From: Candidatus Omnitrophica bacterium 4484_213
GTDB taxonomy: Bacteria > Omnitrophota > 4484-213
NCBI GenBank assembly: GCA_002085025.1
Contig: MZGK01000006.1
Coordinates: 1-53,867, forward strand
Length of the DNA stretch: 53,867 bases
Direction of reading: 5' to 3'
The notes under the pieces were generated by a model, which was given only the letters and a program-made list of their open reading frames with translations, did not search any database and was not told the DNA's origin. Positions 25,817-34,506 of the stretch are shown here, one piece after another. The position numbers were made by a program, and so were the translations under genes. Positions within the stretch are counted from its first letter, which is position 1. The number at the start of each line of letters is the position of its first letter.

Positions 25817-27628
25817 ATGAAGACACTAAAAATTTTGATTACAGTAATTATCGGTGCTATAATGTTAAGCATTGCAAAAGCCGGTTTAGCCGTTGAAACA
25901 GAAGCAGACCTTGTTAATTATATTCCCTATTACAAAAGAGCATTAGCAAGGAGCCGCACTTCTTATGTTTTCCAACTTTGCATTCCTAATATGATTTACA
26001 TAGTGCAAAAAACAGGCAAAAGCAAATCCGAAGCAGAAGAGATAGTGCGTGCTCTTATAAAGGAGAAAAGCGATAAAGAGGTGAGAGAGTTATACCAAAA
26101 GATGAGAAAGACAAGGAATGTAGACGAGATTAAGAATTTAATCTATGCTGAGATGTTAAACCAACTTTCTCCTGCAGAAAGAAAGTATATTGAAGAAGCA
26201 GGGGAGATAGATGAGGGTAACTATGAGGAGTTTCTGACAGATTATTTAGCAGAGCACTATGAGCTGCCTTGTTTTGATTTTGAGGGTATGAATTTTGAAG
26301 ATATCATCGGAATTGCTTCCCGGCTAGAATCTTCTCCGGGTTCTCCGGAGATTACTATTGTCGCTGCTGATATTCAAGACAGGGATGATTTTATAGCCTC
26401 TCTTCCAGCCACTGCCGCTTATAATAAACTGCATTACAGCGGCATCCAAAATATAAATATAGATATTGCGGACATTATTGCGGATTCAAATATCTCCGAA
26501 GTGCTCTCTGATAAACAAAAAGCCGAAGGAGATTTGCAGGATAAACAGAGTTTGATGGAAGAAATGGAAAGAGATATACAAGATTTGAAAGAGGTAATCG
26601 CATATTTAAAAACAGCCGAAGATAAGATAGATGCTCTGCAGAGGGAATATGATAATACTAACTGGTGGAATCCCTTAAACTGGCCACGTTATTTTTCTTT
26701 AAAGGATAAATTGGAGCAGGCAAAAGCTGAATATGACGCTCTATGCAATGAATACGGAAAAACTTATGAGCAGGCAAAAGCGGAATACGAGCAAGCTAAA
26801 TCGAATTATGCTGATTTAGAGATAGAATACGAACAGGCAAAAGCAGAGTATGAGGCAAAGTATGATATTGCTACCGGTGAAGCAGATACAGTAGCAAAAT
26901 TGATTTCAGCGATGTCAATAGGGGAAGCAGTTAAAGAATTTTCTTCTCTCTCTACTTCCAGAATTGCCCAATTGTTAGCCAATCCCTATCTTTCGTCAGA
27001 CCAGGCAGCAGATATTTTGCTCAAACTATATTCACAATCGCCGGATAAAGTAGAAGAGATTCTATTAGGTGAAGCGCGGACTGATGGTTTACTGGCCGAT
27101 TATTCTTCTCAAAAAGCCTATGTCATCCGCGATAAATTGCTGGAGAAAACTATTACATCAGGAGAGTTAGATCTTCTATTTAGAGTAAAACTCTTTTCTC
27201 TTAATGATGAGCTGACAAGAGGGAGTTATGGATATGGAATAGATGATGTAGGTGACTGCACAGAGTTTGCCCGAAATTTTGCCATAAAAGCGAGCCTGTA
27301 TAATATTCCGGCAAAATTGGGGTTGGAGTTTTCGGAGGCAGCGTCGAGTGGTGGATATAGTTGGCATGTCTTAAACTGCGTTAAGATAGTGGGAGAGTGG
27401 TATGTAGTTGATGCTACTGGTGTTCCTAAGGGAAGAACAAGAGTTCATACCACCATTATGAAAGCAGAAGACTACCAGCGAATTAGAAACGCTAGGATTC
27501 ACATTTATGAATCTGATTCCCGAATGCAAACAGCCCGTGATGCTTTAGGACATCCAGAACTGGGAATAGGTGGAGGCAAAGGAGAGCCAAAATATGAGGG
27601 TTTAATCGAATTCCTCCCACGACCATAA
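25817..27628 (+). CDS. Secreted coiled-coil protein with a C-terminal transglutaminase-like cysteine protease core
   Basis: Signal peptide MKTLKILITVIIGAIMLSIAKAGLA. EQAKAEYE-type repeats at nt ~26710-26870. Cys-His-Asp core GDCTEFARNFA ... YSWHVLNCV ... WYVVDATG (nt 27251-27421). Confidence 0.8.
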   Translation: MKTLKILITVIIGAIMLSIAKAGLAVETEADLVNYIPYYKRALARSRTSYVFQLCIPNMIYIVQKTGKSKSEAEEIVRALIKEKSDKEVRELYQKMRKTRNVDEIKNLIYAEMLNQLSPAERKYIEEAGEIDEGNYEEFLTDYLAEHYELPCFDFEGMNFEDIIGIASRLESSPGSPEITIVAADIQDRDDFIASLPATAAYNKLHYSGIQNINIDIADIIADSNISEVLSDKQKAEGDLQDKQSLMEEMERDIQDLKEVIAYLKTAEDKIDALQREYDNTNWWNPLNWPRYFSLKDKLEQAKAEYDALCNEYGKTYEQAKAEYEQAKSNYADLEIEYEQAKAEYEAKYDIATGEADTVAKLISAMSIGEAVKEFSSLSTSRIAQLLANPYLSSDQAADILLKLYSQSPDKVEEILLGEARTDGLLADYSSQKAYVIRDKLLEKTITSGELDLLFRVKLFSLNDELTRGSYGYGIDDVGDCTEFARNFAIKASLYNIPAKLGLEFSEAASSGGYSWHVLNCVKIVGEWYVVDATGVPKGRTRVHTTIMKAEDYQRIRNARIHIYESDSRMQTARDALGHPELGIGGGKGEPKYEGLIEFLPRP

Positions 27629-27654
27629 TTTTAGTTAAAAATCTTAAGAGGAGA

Positions 27655-28212
27655 ATGATGAACAATATCTATAGAAAAGCAAATAAAAAGAGAGTGGTTT
27701 TTTATTGCTCTTTTTTAATATTTTCTGGAATAAGCTGGGGCGAAAATATTGAGATTCAAAAATCAACCCAAGAACTTATTAATAAGTCTTCTGTTCGTGA
27801 AAAGATTTCTCCAGATCTTCTTTTTGATGCGGCTAAGAAAAATGAAGATGATTCTTGTGCCTCAACGATTAATGTTTCTCCAGAGGTATTTACCCAGTTG
27901 ACAGGAGACCAATCGAGAGCAGTGGAGGAAAATCCGTTAGAAAGATTTATTAGTTGGCTAAGAAATAGTTATAATTCTATCAAAGAAATAATTTATGAAA
28001 AGGGAGAGCAAGAAGGAGAACAAAAAGAAGAGATGCCTGAAGAGATATCTATGGAAGATGAAACTGGGCCTAAAAATATGACCATTGCCATAATTGATAC
28101 CGAAGGAATTAATGTAAACGGAGCTTATATGGATATCCAGCGACTATGGAGAAACCCCGGCGAGATTCCCAATGATGGCTTAGATAATGATAAAAATGGA
28201 TATGTTATTTAG
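27655..28212 (+). CDS. Subtilase (S8) N-terminal fragment
   Basis: Signal peptide, then IAIIDTEGINV...LWRNPGEIPNDGLDNDKNGYV, which is the S8 Asp-block region (DTE instead of DTG). Ends at a TAG where the His block should follow. Confidence 0.6.
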   Translation: MMNNIYRKANKKRVVFYCSFLIFSGISWGENIEIQKSTQELINKSSVREKISPDLLFDAAKKNEDDSCASTINVSPEVFTQLTGDQSRAVEENPLERFISWLRNSYNSIKEIIYEKGEQEGEQKEEMPEEISMEDETGPKNMTIAIIDTEGINVNGAYMDIQRLWRNPGEIPNDGLDNDKNGYVI

Positions 28213-28295
28213 AATTAGAACTAAGTCTTTCTTGGATAGTTGGTAATCTTTCTGATCAAGACCTATTCAACAAGACCAGAAAAGAGACCGGAGAG

Positions 28296-28898
28296 ATGAT
28301 ATATGATAGGACTTTAAGGGAGATTATGAACAACGCGCCTAAAGCAATAAGATATGCCGCCGATAATGATGCTGATATAATCAGTATAAGCCAAGCCTGG
28401 AAGGAGGATGCCCCCAAAATAGAGCAAGCAATAGATTATGCCTATTCTAAAGGGGTATTAATAGTGGCACCAGCTGGAAATAACGATTTGAGTTTAGACA
28501 TTATACCCCGTTACCCCATAGGATATGACAATGTTGTTGGTGTAGCCGGGGCCGCCGGTGATAAAAGGGCTTTTTTCTCTAATTATGGAGATGATATAGA
28601 TATATCGGCCCGAGCTTTATTCTTTTTTGGTGATGAAGCCGAAGTAGGGACATCGTTTTCTGCCTCGGAAGTAGCCGGAGTAGCAGCCTCAGTCTGGGCA
28701 GAAAATACTACTCTTACTGCTACCCAAATCGCCAATATTTTTTATGACACTGCTGATGACATAGAAACACCTGGGGATAAATATACCGGCTATGGCAAGG
28801 TAAATCAGACTGCGGCATTAGAAGCTGTCCTTTCTTTACCCGAACTTAATTCTTCAGCAGTGGATGCTTTGATAAATCAACCTATAGTTGAGGAGTAG
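28296..28898 (+). CDS. Subtilase (S8) C-terminal fragment
   Basis: Different frame from 27655. ADIISISQAW, VAPAGNN (oxyanion Asn) and GTSFSASEVAGVAA (Ser block). This frame stays open back to ~28200, but no HGTH block is present in any frame of the gap. Confidence 0.6.
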   Translation: MIYDRTLREIMNNAPKAIRYAADNDADIISISQAWKEDAPKIEQAIDYAYSKGVLIVAPAGNNDLSLDIIPRYPIGYDNVVGVAGAAGDKRAFFSNYGDDIDISARALFFFGDEAEVGTSFSASEVAGVAASVWAENTTLTATQIANIFYDTADDIETPGDKYTGYGKVNQTAALEAVLSLPELNSSAVDALINQPIVEE

Positions 28899-28994
28899 AA
28901 AAAAACTTGTTAAGGCAAGAGGTTTTTTATATCTTCTTCCTAAAAACTTTTTAAAAGTCCTTATAGAAGCCATTAACCCAGAGAGGTGAGAGGA

Positions 28995-29933
28995 ATGAAA
29001 AAGAACAGGTTCTTGATTGCAGCCTTAATTTCTAATTTGCTCCTCTTATCTTATAATTGCAGTTGGGCAGATTATTATAGTCAGAAACACGAAGATTTAA
29101 TCCGCGAGGCTTCCAATTCTAATGCTCAAGAGGTCCGGCGAATTATCAAAGAAATCCCCAGGTATGAAGGAGAAGGCAATAAATCATCTTTTATTTATAT
29201 TTCTTCAGCAGACGGAGAAATTCTAAGAAGTTTAACCCAAACTTCTTCTTATCCCTTTTATCCCTTGCCTCAACTTTGCACCGACTGTCATCTTCCTGAT
29301 AAAAATTATCCGGTAGTGGGCTATAATTCTGCGCGTAATAATGAAACTGCTTTAGGATTTAGAAATAAAATCCGTTATGATAGAATAACAGATAAACTCT
29401 GGAATCGTTACGAACTTGAAGGACGAGAACCTTATTATTGTGGAACAGTGAAACTGCCCTTGGATGAAATCTACCGCCGCCTTAATGAAAATGATTATAC
29501 TCTAACAGCTAATATTGCTTATGAGGATTCCGGAGAGATTACAAGTGCTAAACGCTATTATAATTTTGAGAGAGAAAAACTACTGACAAGATTAGGGATA
29601 ACCCCGATGTTTTGTGCGGCTAATCCTTTATTAGCCCTAGCAACAATATACCTTGCCTTTCCCGAACGCCAAAAGCATATCCGCATATTTCCTACCGAAG
29701 AAGAAGGAGTTTATGAAATCAGGGCCCATGATGAACCCTCTATATTTCATCCGCTCCAGCATTTGCATTGGACATCCAGCACAGTCAGCGATAACTATGA
29801 TGAGGTAAAACAGATATTTCCCGAAATAGAAGGCGAACCCGAGCGGGGGAGTTGCACGAGTGAGGGGAAAATTAATAGAAAGTTCAGAGAGATAAAAGAT
29901 AGCATAAGGGGCTTTTTTGCCAGAAAACCTTGA
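28995..29933 (+). CDS. Secreted hypothetical protein
   Basis: Signal-like MKKNRFLIAALISNLLLLSYNCSWA after GAGAGGTGAGAGG. Contains one CTDCH (CXXCH) motif. No family was recognised. Confidence 0.6.
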   Translation: MKKNRFLIAALISNLLLLSYNCSWADYYSQKHEDLIREASNSNAQEVRRIIKEIPRYEGEGNKSSFIYISSADGEILRSLTQTSSYPFYPLPQLCTDCHLPDKNYPVVGYNSARNNETALGFRNKIRYDRITDKLWNRYELEGREPYYCGTVKLPLDEIYRRLNENDYTLTANIAYEDSGEITSAKRYYNFEREKLLTRLGITPMFCAANPLLALATIYLAFPERQKHIRIFPTEEEGVYEIRAHDEPSIFHPLQHLHWTSSTVSDNYDEVKQIFPEIEGEPERGSCTSEGKINRKFREIKDSIRGFFARKP

Positions 29934-29979
29934 CATCCTTGGGGAGCTGTGGTATTACTAAGATTGCGGAGGTGGAGTT

Positions 29980-30217
29980 ATGGCAAAGATAAATTTAGGT
30001 ATTAGTAAAGGTTTTATTGGTGCTATTTCTTGGGTTGAAGAACATAAAGGAGATTTGCATAAACAATACCAAGGGAAGTGGGTTGCCGTTTACGACAATA
30101 AAGTAGTTGCGGTAGGGAAAAAGATAAGCAGCGTGGAAAAAAGCAGAGCAGAAAACGAATCATCCTTTTCGTAAAATACCCGTTGTATATATGGAAGACT
30201 CTCATTGTATTTATTAA
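29980..30217 (+). pseudogene. DUF5678-like small protein, frame broken at an A6 run
   Basis: HKQYQGKWVAVYDNKVVAVGKK fits the DUF5678-like pattern. The drawn ORF stops at 30174. Removing one A from the A6 run (30137-30142) gives ...EKAEQKTNHPFRKIPVVYMEDSHCIY, ending at TAA 30215-30217 directly abutting the next ATG. Confidence 0.5.
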
Positions 30218-30685
30218 ATGATCAATCTTATTATTGATAACTCAAAATTTAGTATTCCCAAAAGCAATTTTAGCTTAGATTTTGTCCGACTTAAATGTTT
30301 GGTTGGCTTTAAAGAAGAAGAAAGTGCGAATTATCGGCTTTGCGAAGGTATAGTTGATACAGGTTCTTATGTTATTGTTTTGCCCTTTAGGCTATCCGAG
30401 AGGATAGAAAAAGAAGTTTCAGGTAAATACAAAATAAAGGGTTTTTATACTAAAGGAGAATGCGCAATCCCTGTGTCAGGTAAAACAAAGTGTGTTTTAT
30501 TCGACAAACAAGGCAATTCTTCTTGCGAGATGATAATTTATTCTTATTTTGTCCAGACAGATGAAATTCCAATTATTTTGGGTTTTGCTGATTTGTTGAC
30601 CAGATTTAAGATTAAAATAAATTATCAAAAGGGGATTGCTTTTTTAGATTGGTTTTTTTATTTTCCTTTATTAAGAACTTTTTGA
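30218..30685 (+). CDS. Retropepsin-like (clan AA) aspartic protease
   Basis: GIVDTGSYVIVLP carries the D-T-G active-site motif. Size (~155 aa) and the IILGFADL-type second motif fit single-domain bacterial retropepsin-like proteases. Confidence 0.6.
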   Translation: MINLIIDNSKFSIPKSNFSLDFVRLKCLVGFKEEESANYRLCEGIVDTGSYVIVLPFRLSERIEKEVSGKYKIKGFYTKGECAIPVSGKTKCVLFDKQGNSSCEMIIYSYFVQTDEIPIILGFADLLTRFKIKINYQKGIAFLDWFFYFPLLRTF

Positions 30686-30943
30686 AAGATAAAGTAAAAG
30701 ATAGAAAATAGACATAAGAATATTTTAATTACCATTTTAACCATAACAGGGATATTATTTTCTTTGCTTATGGGGAATCCGATGATGCTACTGAAAAACT
30801 TATCCGTGCGGCAAGTCAAGGTTATTCTTCCGGTGCAACCAACAAAACCTTTTAGAAGCTTTTTTATCCAGTAGCTGAACAAAACAATGCCTTCTCCCAA
30901 AATTCTTCTCCGGTGATATATGTGTCTTTTGACGATATAGCCG

Positions 30944-31420
30944 TTGTTGATGCTATTTCAAAAACAGAAGAAGATGGACGAGGAAACTTCAGAAGACTTT
31001 AATAGGGCGAAAAAAGAAGCAAAAGAAGCATATAATTATGTTATAGGAGGATTAGGAGAAATAAAAGATATAGCCATTAGCAGAGAGGAAAAAGAGAATC
31101 TGAAAGAAGCGGAGAATATAGATTATGCAGGTATAGAGAATTTTATGGAATCTCAATCTCCTTGGGGATATATTGAAATATCCAGACCCCATCTTGTGAA
31201 CAGAAGCGAATTAATATATCCTTACATTATTTCAAATACCTATGTCTATAGTAATTCGAGTTTTGGGTGGCATGTAATGGTAGGATATGATGATATAGTA
31301 TTCCCACTTTACGCCCCAGCGGTAATTAAGGAGACAGAGAATTTCCCTTGGGTTAGTCCTAAAAATTTAAGAGGTGCAGTGCTTTCCAATTGGCTTATGC
31401 CTGGTTATCCTATATCGTGA
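30944..31420 (+). CDS. Hypothetical protein or gene fragment
   Basis: ORF with GWHVMVGYDD, which resembles the His block of papain-like or C39-like peptidases. The ORF contains no Cys. Flanking frames hold further ORF fragments. Confidence 0.3.
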   Translation: MLMLFQKQKKMDEETSEDFNRAKKEAKEAYNYVIGGLGEIKDIAISREEKENLKEAENIDYAGIENFMESQSPWGYIEISRPHLVNRSELIYPYIISNTYVYSNSSFGWHVMVGYDDIVFPLYAPAVIKETENFPWVSPKNLRGAVLSNWLMPGYPIS

Positions 31421-31690
31421 AATTAAAAAATCTCTGCAATCTCAGGATATTGTAGAGAAACAAGTTGATGAAATTACGGCAAATAATTATTCTGTAGAAA
31501 ATTATTTTAACAATAGAGAGAAAATTCGGGATTGGATAGTGAAAATATTGAATATGATTATGAGAAATACGAGAAAAAATGGTCCTCCATTTTTACTCCA
31601 GCCGAGACGCTTAGCAAAAGAAAAAGGGTATGTAATGATTCTGGCTTAGAGGCTTATATGCAGAATTATTTGTATAAAAGAATCATCAAA

Positions 31691-32173
31691 ATGTCAATGA
31701 AACCAACATATTTTACCCAACACTCCCTTGACCAAATGCATAAAAGAAAAGCAGCAAAAAGGGAGGTTGAGATAACAATAAGAGAAAGTGAATGGGATGT
31801 TGCTGGGCAAGGACGCTGGACAGCGGCAATGTCTTTTGATTTTAATGCAGAGCATTATGGTCGCTTTTATAGATGTAAGGAGGTAGTTTCAATCTTTGTT
31901 GAGGAAAACGAACGGATTGCGATAATAACTGTATATACATTTTTTATAACAGGGGGAAAGATGAAGATTAAATATGACCCGGAGGCAGATGCAGTTTATA
32001 TCACTCTTAAAGGGCGAGAGGCAGACCATACTCTGCGAGTAGGCCCTGATTTTGCCGTTGATTATGGTCCTGATGGTGAGGTACATGGAATTGAGATTTT
32101 ATCGGCAAAGAAACATTTAAAATTAAGCCCAAGGCACCAAAAGATTAAGTTAGAGAATTTAATGCTTGCTTAA
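31691..32173 (+). CDS. DUF4258-like / DUF2283-like pair fused in one frame
   Basis: The DUF4258-like part is MSMKPTYFTQHSLDQMHKRKAAKREVE...IAIITVYTFF. It runs without a stop into the DUF2283-like part MKIKYDPEADAVYITLKG...GEVHGIEIL, which has its own AGGGGGA SD 4 nt before ATG 31961. Confidence 0.55.
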   Translation: MSMKPTYFTQHSLDQMHKRKAAKREVEITIRESEWDVAGQGRWTAAMSFDFNAEHYGRFYRCKEVVSIFVEENERIAIITVYTFFITGGKMKIKYDPEADAVYITLKGREADHTLRVGPDFAVDYGPDGEVHGIEILSAKKHLKLSPRHQKIKLENLMLA

Positions 32174-32204
32174 TCTTATCCTTAAACCATTTCACAAAAA
32201 CACT

Positions 32205-32873
32205 ATGACTATTCATATCCTTACCCTTTTTCCCGAGATGTTCAAAGGGCCGCTTAGCGAATCGATTATAAAAAGGGCGATAGAAAAGAAATTAGTGAAT
32301 ATAAATATTCATAATTTAAGAGATTACTCTTTAGATAAACACAAAAAGTGCGATGACCGCCCTTATGGTGGCGGGCCGGGAATGGTGTTAAGACCCGAGC
32401 CGATATTTGCGGCGGTGGAGAGAATTACCCAAAAGAAGACAAAAGGCAGATGCAAGGTGATTTTAACCAGCCCCGGGGGCAAATCTTTCAATCAAAGGCT
32501 CGCCGAGGAACTTTCTCAATTAGAAAAAATGGTGTTTATTTGCGGACACTACGAGGGGGTGGACGAAAGGGTAAGGAAACTCGTTGATGAGGAGATTTCT
32601 ATAGGGAGATATATCTTAAGCGGGGGAGAGCTCCCGGTAATGGTAATTACCGATGCAATAGCGAGATTGATTCCCGGAGTATTGGGATGTGCAGAGTCAA
32701 ACCGGCAAGAGTCTTTCGCAAAAGGAGATTTGTTAGACTATCCTCAGTGGACTCGTCCGGCAGTGTTTAGAGGAATGAGAGTTCCCAAAATCATTACCTC
32801 GGGAGACCACCAGGCAATTGAGAAATGGCGTAAACAAAAGGCAGAAGAAAGGACCAATCAAAGGCAAATATAA
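32205..32873 (+). CDS. trmD: tRNA (guanine37-N1)-methyltransferase
   Basis: ILTLFPEMF, DDRPYGGGPGMVL, ICGHYEGVDERV, SIGRYILSGGELP. The ATG at 32205 is preferred over the TTG at 32166. Confidence 0.93.
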   Translation: MTIHILTLFPEMFKGPLSESIIKRAIEKKLVNINIHNLRDYSLDKHKKCDDRPYGGGPGMVLRPEPIFAAVERITQKKTKGRCKVILTSPGGKSFNQRLAEELSQLEKMVFICGHYEGVDERVRKLVDEEISIGRYILSGGELPVMVITDAIARLIPGVLGCAESNRQESFAKGDLLDYPQWTRPAVFRGMRVPKIITSGDHQAIEKWRKQKAEERTNQRQI

Positions 32874-32959
32874 AATTAGCAATTAGCAATGAAAATTGAC
32901 TTTACTTATACCTATACCTCTACGGTGTAAGTTGGTCTTAAAGGGGAGGGAATAAGATA

Positions 32960-33331
32960 ATGAGTGACAAGATTAAATTAGTAGAAGAGGAGTATCTTAA
33001 AAAAGATATCCCTGAGTTTAGAGCTGGGGATGAAATCCGGGTTTTCTCGGAGATTCCTTCTCGGCCCCAGCCAAAATTGAAAAAAAAAGCAGCTAAGAAG
33101 AAAGAAAAGGAGGAGCGGAAGAGAATGCACGCTCAGCTTTTTCAGGGGATAGTTTTGGCAAAGAGAGGCTCGGGGTTAAGAGAAACCTTTGTGGTGCGTA
33201 AGGTTTCTTACGGAGAAGGAGTGGAAAGGACCTTTTTACTCCACTCTCCTTTTATAAAAAAGATTGAGGTTGTCAAGCACAATAAAGTAAGGCGGCCAAA
33301 ACTCTATTATTTAAGACGTTCTAAAAGATAG
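32960..33331 (+). CDS. rplS: 50S ribosomal protein L19 with a Lys-rich insertion
   Basis: [38 protein letters not shown]...I.V, KLYYLR. Confidence 0.92.
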   Translation: MSDKIKLVEEEYLKKDIPEFRAGDEIRVFSEIPSRPQPKLKKKAAKKKEKEERKRMHAQLFQGIVLAKRGSGLRETFVVRKVSYGEGVERTFLLHSPFIKKIEVVKHNKVRRPKLYYLRRSKR

Positions 33332-33387
33332 GATGCCTGCCTGCGGTAGGTAGGTCTGATTCCAGTGATCATTATTAACGAGAAAAA

Positions 33388-34008
33388 ATGAAAAGAGATT
33401 TTAGCGGCATAGTTGCTGGGGTTGACGAAGCCGGCAGGGGGGCATTAGCCGGTCCGGTAGTTGCCGCTATGGTTTTTTTCTCCCCTGATGTTTCTATTAG
33501 AGGAATTGCTGACTCTAAGACATTAACTCCGGCAAAACGTTTTTTTCTTTTTTCTCAGATTATTAAAAAAGGAAAAATTGGAGTTGGAATAGTTAATGAA
33601 AAAGTAATTGATGAAATTAATATTCTCCAGGCAAGTTTGCGAGCGATGGAGCAAGCGTTTCTTGATTTGAATAGAAAGGAGAAGATTGACCACCTTTTTG
33701 TGGATGGGCCAATAAAGCCAAATGTCTCTTGCCCTTGCACAGGGATAATAAAAGGGGATAAAAAGAATCTTCATATTGCCGCTGCTTCTATTGTGGCAAA
33801 GGTAATTCGCGACCGAATTATGCTTATCTACAGCCGATTCTTCCCGGGCTATGGTTTTAAGGAACACAAAGGATATCCTACCAGAAGCCATCTGAAAGCC
33901 CTGGATAAATATGGCCCCTCTCCTATCCATCGCTATTCTTATAGGCCAGTGAGAGAGCGGATAAAGGTTGTTAAAAAAGAAAGGGGCTTCCATCCGGTTC
34001 TTTCTTAA
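33388..34008 (+). CDS. rnhB: Ribonuclease HII
   Basis: GVDEAGRGALAGPVVAA, DSKTL, ASIVAKV.RD, GYPT..H. Confidence 0.92.
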   Translation: MKRDFSGIVAGVDEAGRGALAGPVVAAMVFFSPDVSIRGIADSKTLTPAKRFFLFSQIIKKGKIGVGIVNEKVIDEINILQASLRAMEQAFLDLNRKEKIDHLFVDGPIKPNVSCPCTGIIKGDKKNLHIAAASIVAKVIRDRIMLIYSRFFPGYGFKEHKGYPTRSHLKALDKYGPSPIHRYSYRPVRERIKVVKKERGFHPVLS

Positions 34009-34033
34009 ATATCCCTTTCATACCCACGGAGGG

Positions 34034-34435
34034 ATGGGTTTTAAACGGGGTGAAATGCTCTCGAAGATAGAATTCGGAAAATTGGGAGAGGAGCTCGCAG
34101 TCGCTTTTTTGAAAAGAGAGGGATGCAGGATAATTGAGCAGAATTACAAGTGCCTGTTTGGAGAGATAGATATTATTGCTAGGTTTAAAAAGACCTTGAT
34201 TTTTGCCGAGGTAAAGACGCGGCATCCTTCTCATTTGGGTCTCCCTCAAGAAGCGGTGGATAAAAGAAAGCAGGAGCAAATTGCCAAAACCGCTCTTCAT
34301 TATCTTGCTACCCATCAACTTTTAAAAAAACCTGCCCGTTTTGATGTTCTATCTATTTTAGTCAATCCTGATGGTTCAAAGGAGGTTGAATGGCTAAAGG
34401 ATGCCTTTCCTTTGCCTGAAAGATATAGCTACTGA
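34034..34435 (+). CDS. yraN: YraN family (UPF0102) endonuclease
   Basis: GEELAVAFLKREGCRIIEQNYKCLFGEIDIIA ... FAEVKTR ... ARFDVL. The start is uncertain (34034 or 34055). Confidence 0.85.
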   Translation: MGFKRGEMLSKIEFGKLGEELAVAFLKREGCRIIEQNYKCLFGEIDIIARFKKTLIFAEVKTRHPSHLGLPQEAVDKRKQEQIAKTALHYLATHQLLKKPARFDVLSILVNPDGSKEVEWLKDAFPLPERYSY

Positions 34436-34506
34436 ACTTTGACAAATGCTAAAGTTTAGTAAATCCCAAGCAAAAAAGGAATTTTGGGATTTGGGGTTTC
34501 ACTATT

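Noticed and set aside
29270-29290. CTDCH (CXXCH) motif in the 28995 ORF as evidence for a c-type cytochrome
   Set aside because: It is a single motif in a 312-residue protein with no other cytochrome features. CXXCH occurs by chance often enough that no call is justified.
31374-31649. 91-codon ORF overlapping both 30944..31420 and 31532..32173
   Set aside because: It starts at a non-ATG codon, has no SD, and overlaps neighbours at both ends. It is more likely one frame of a decayed gene than an independent CDS.
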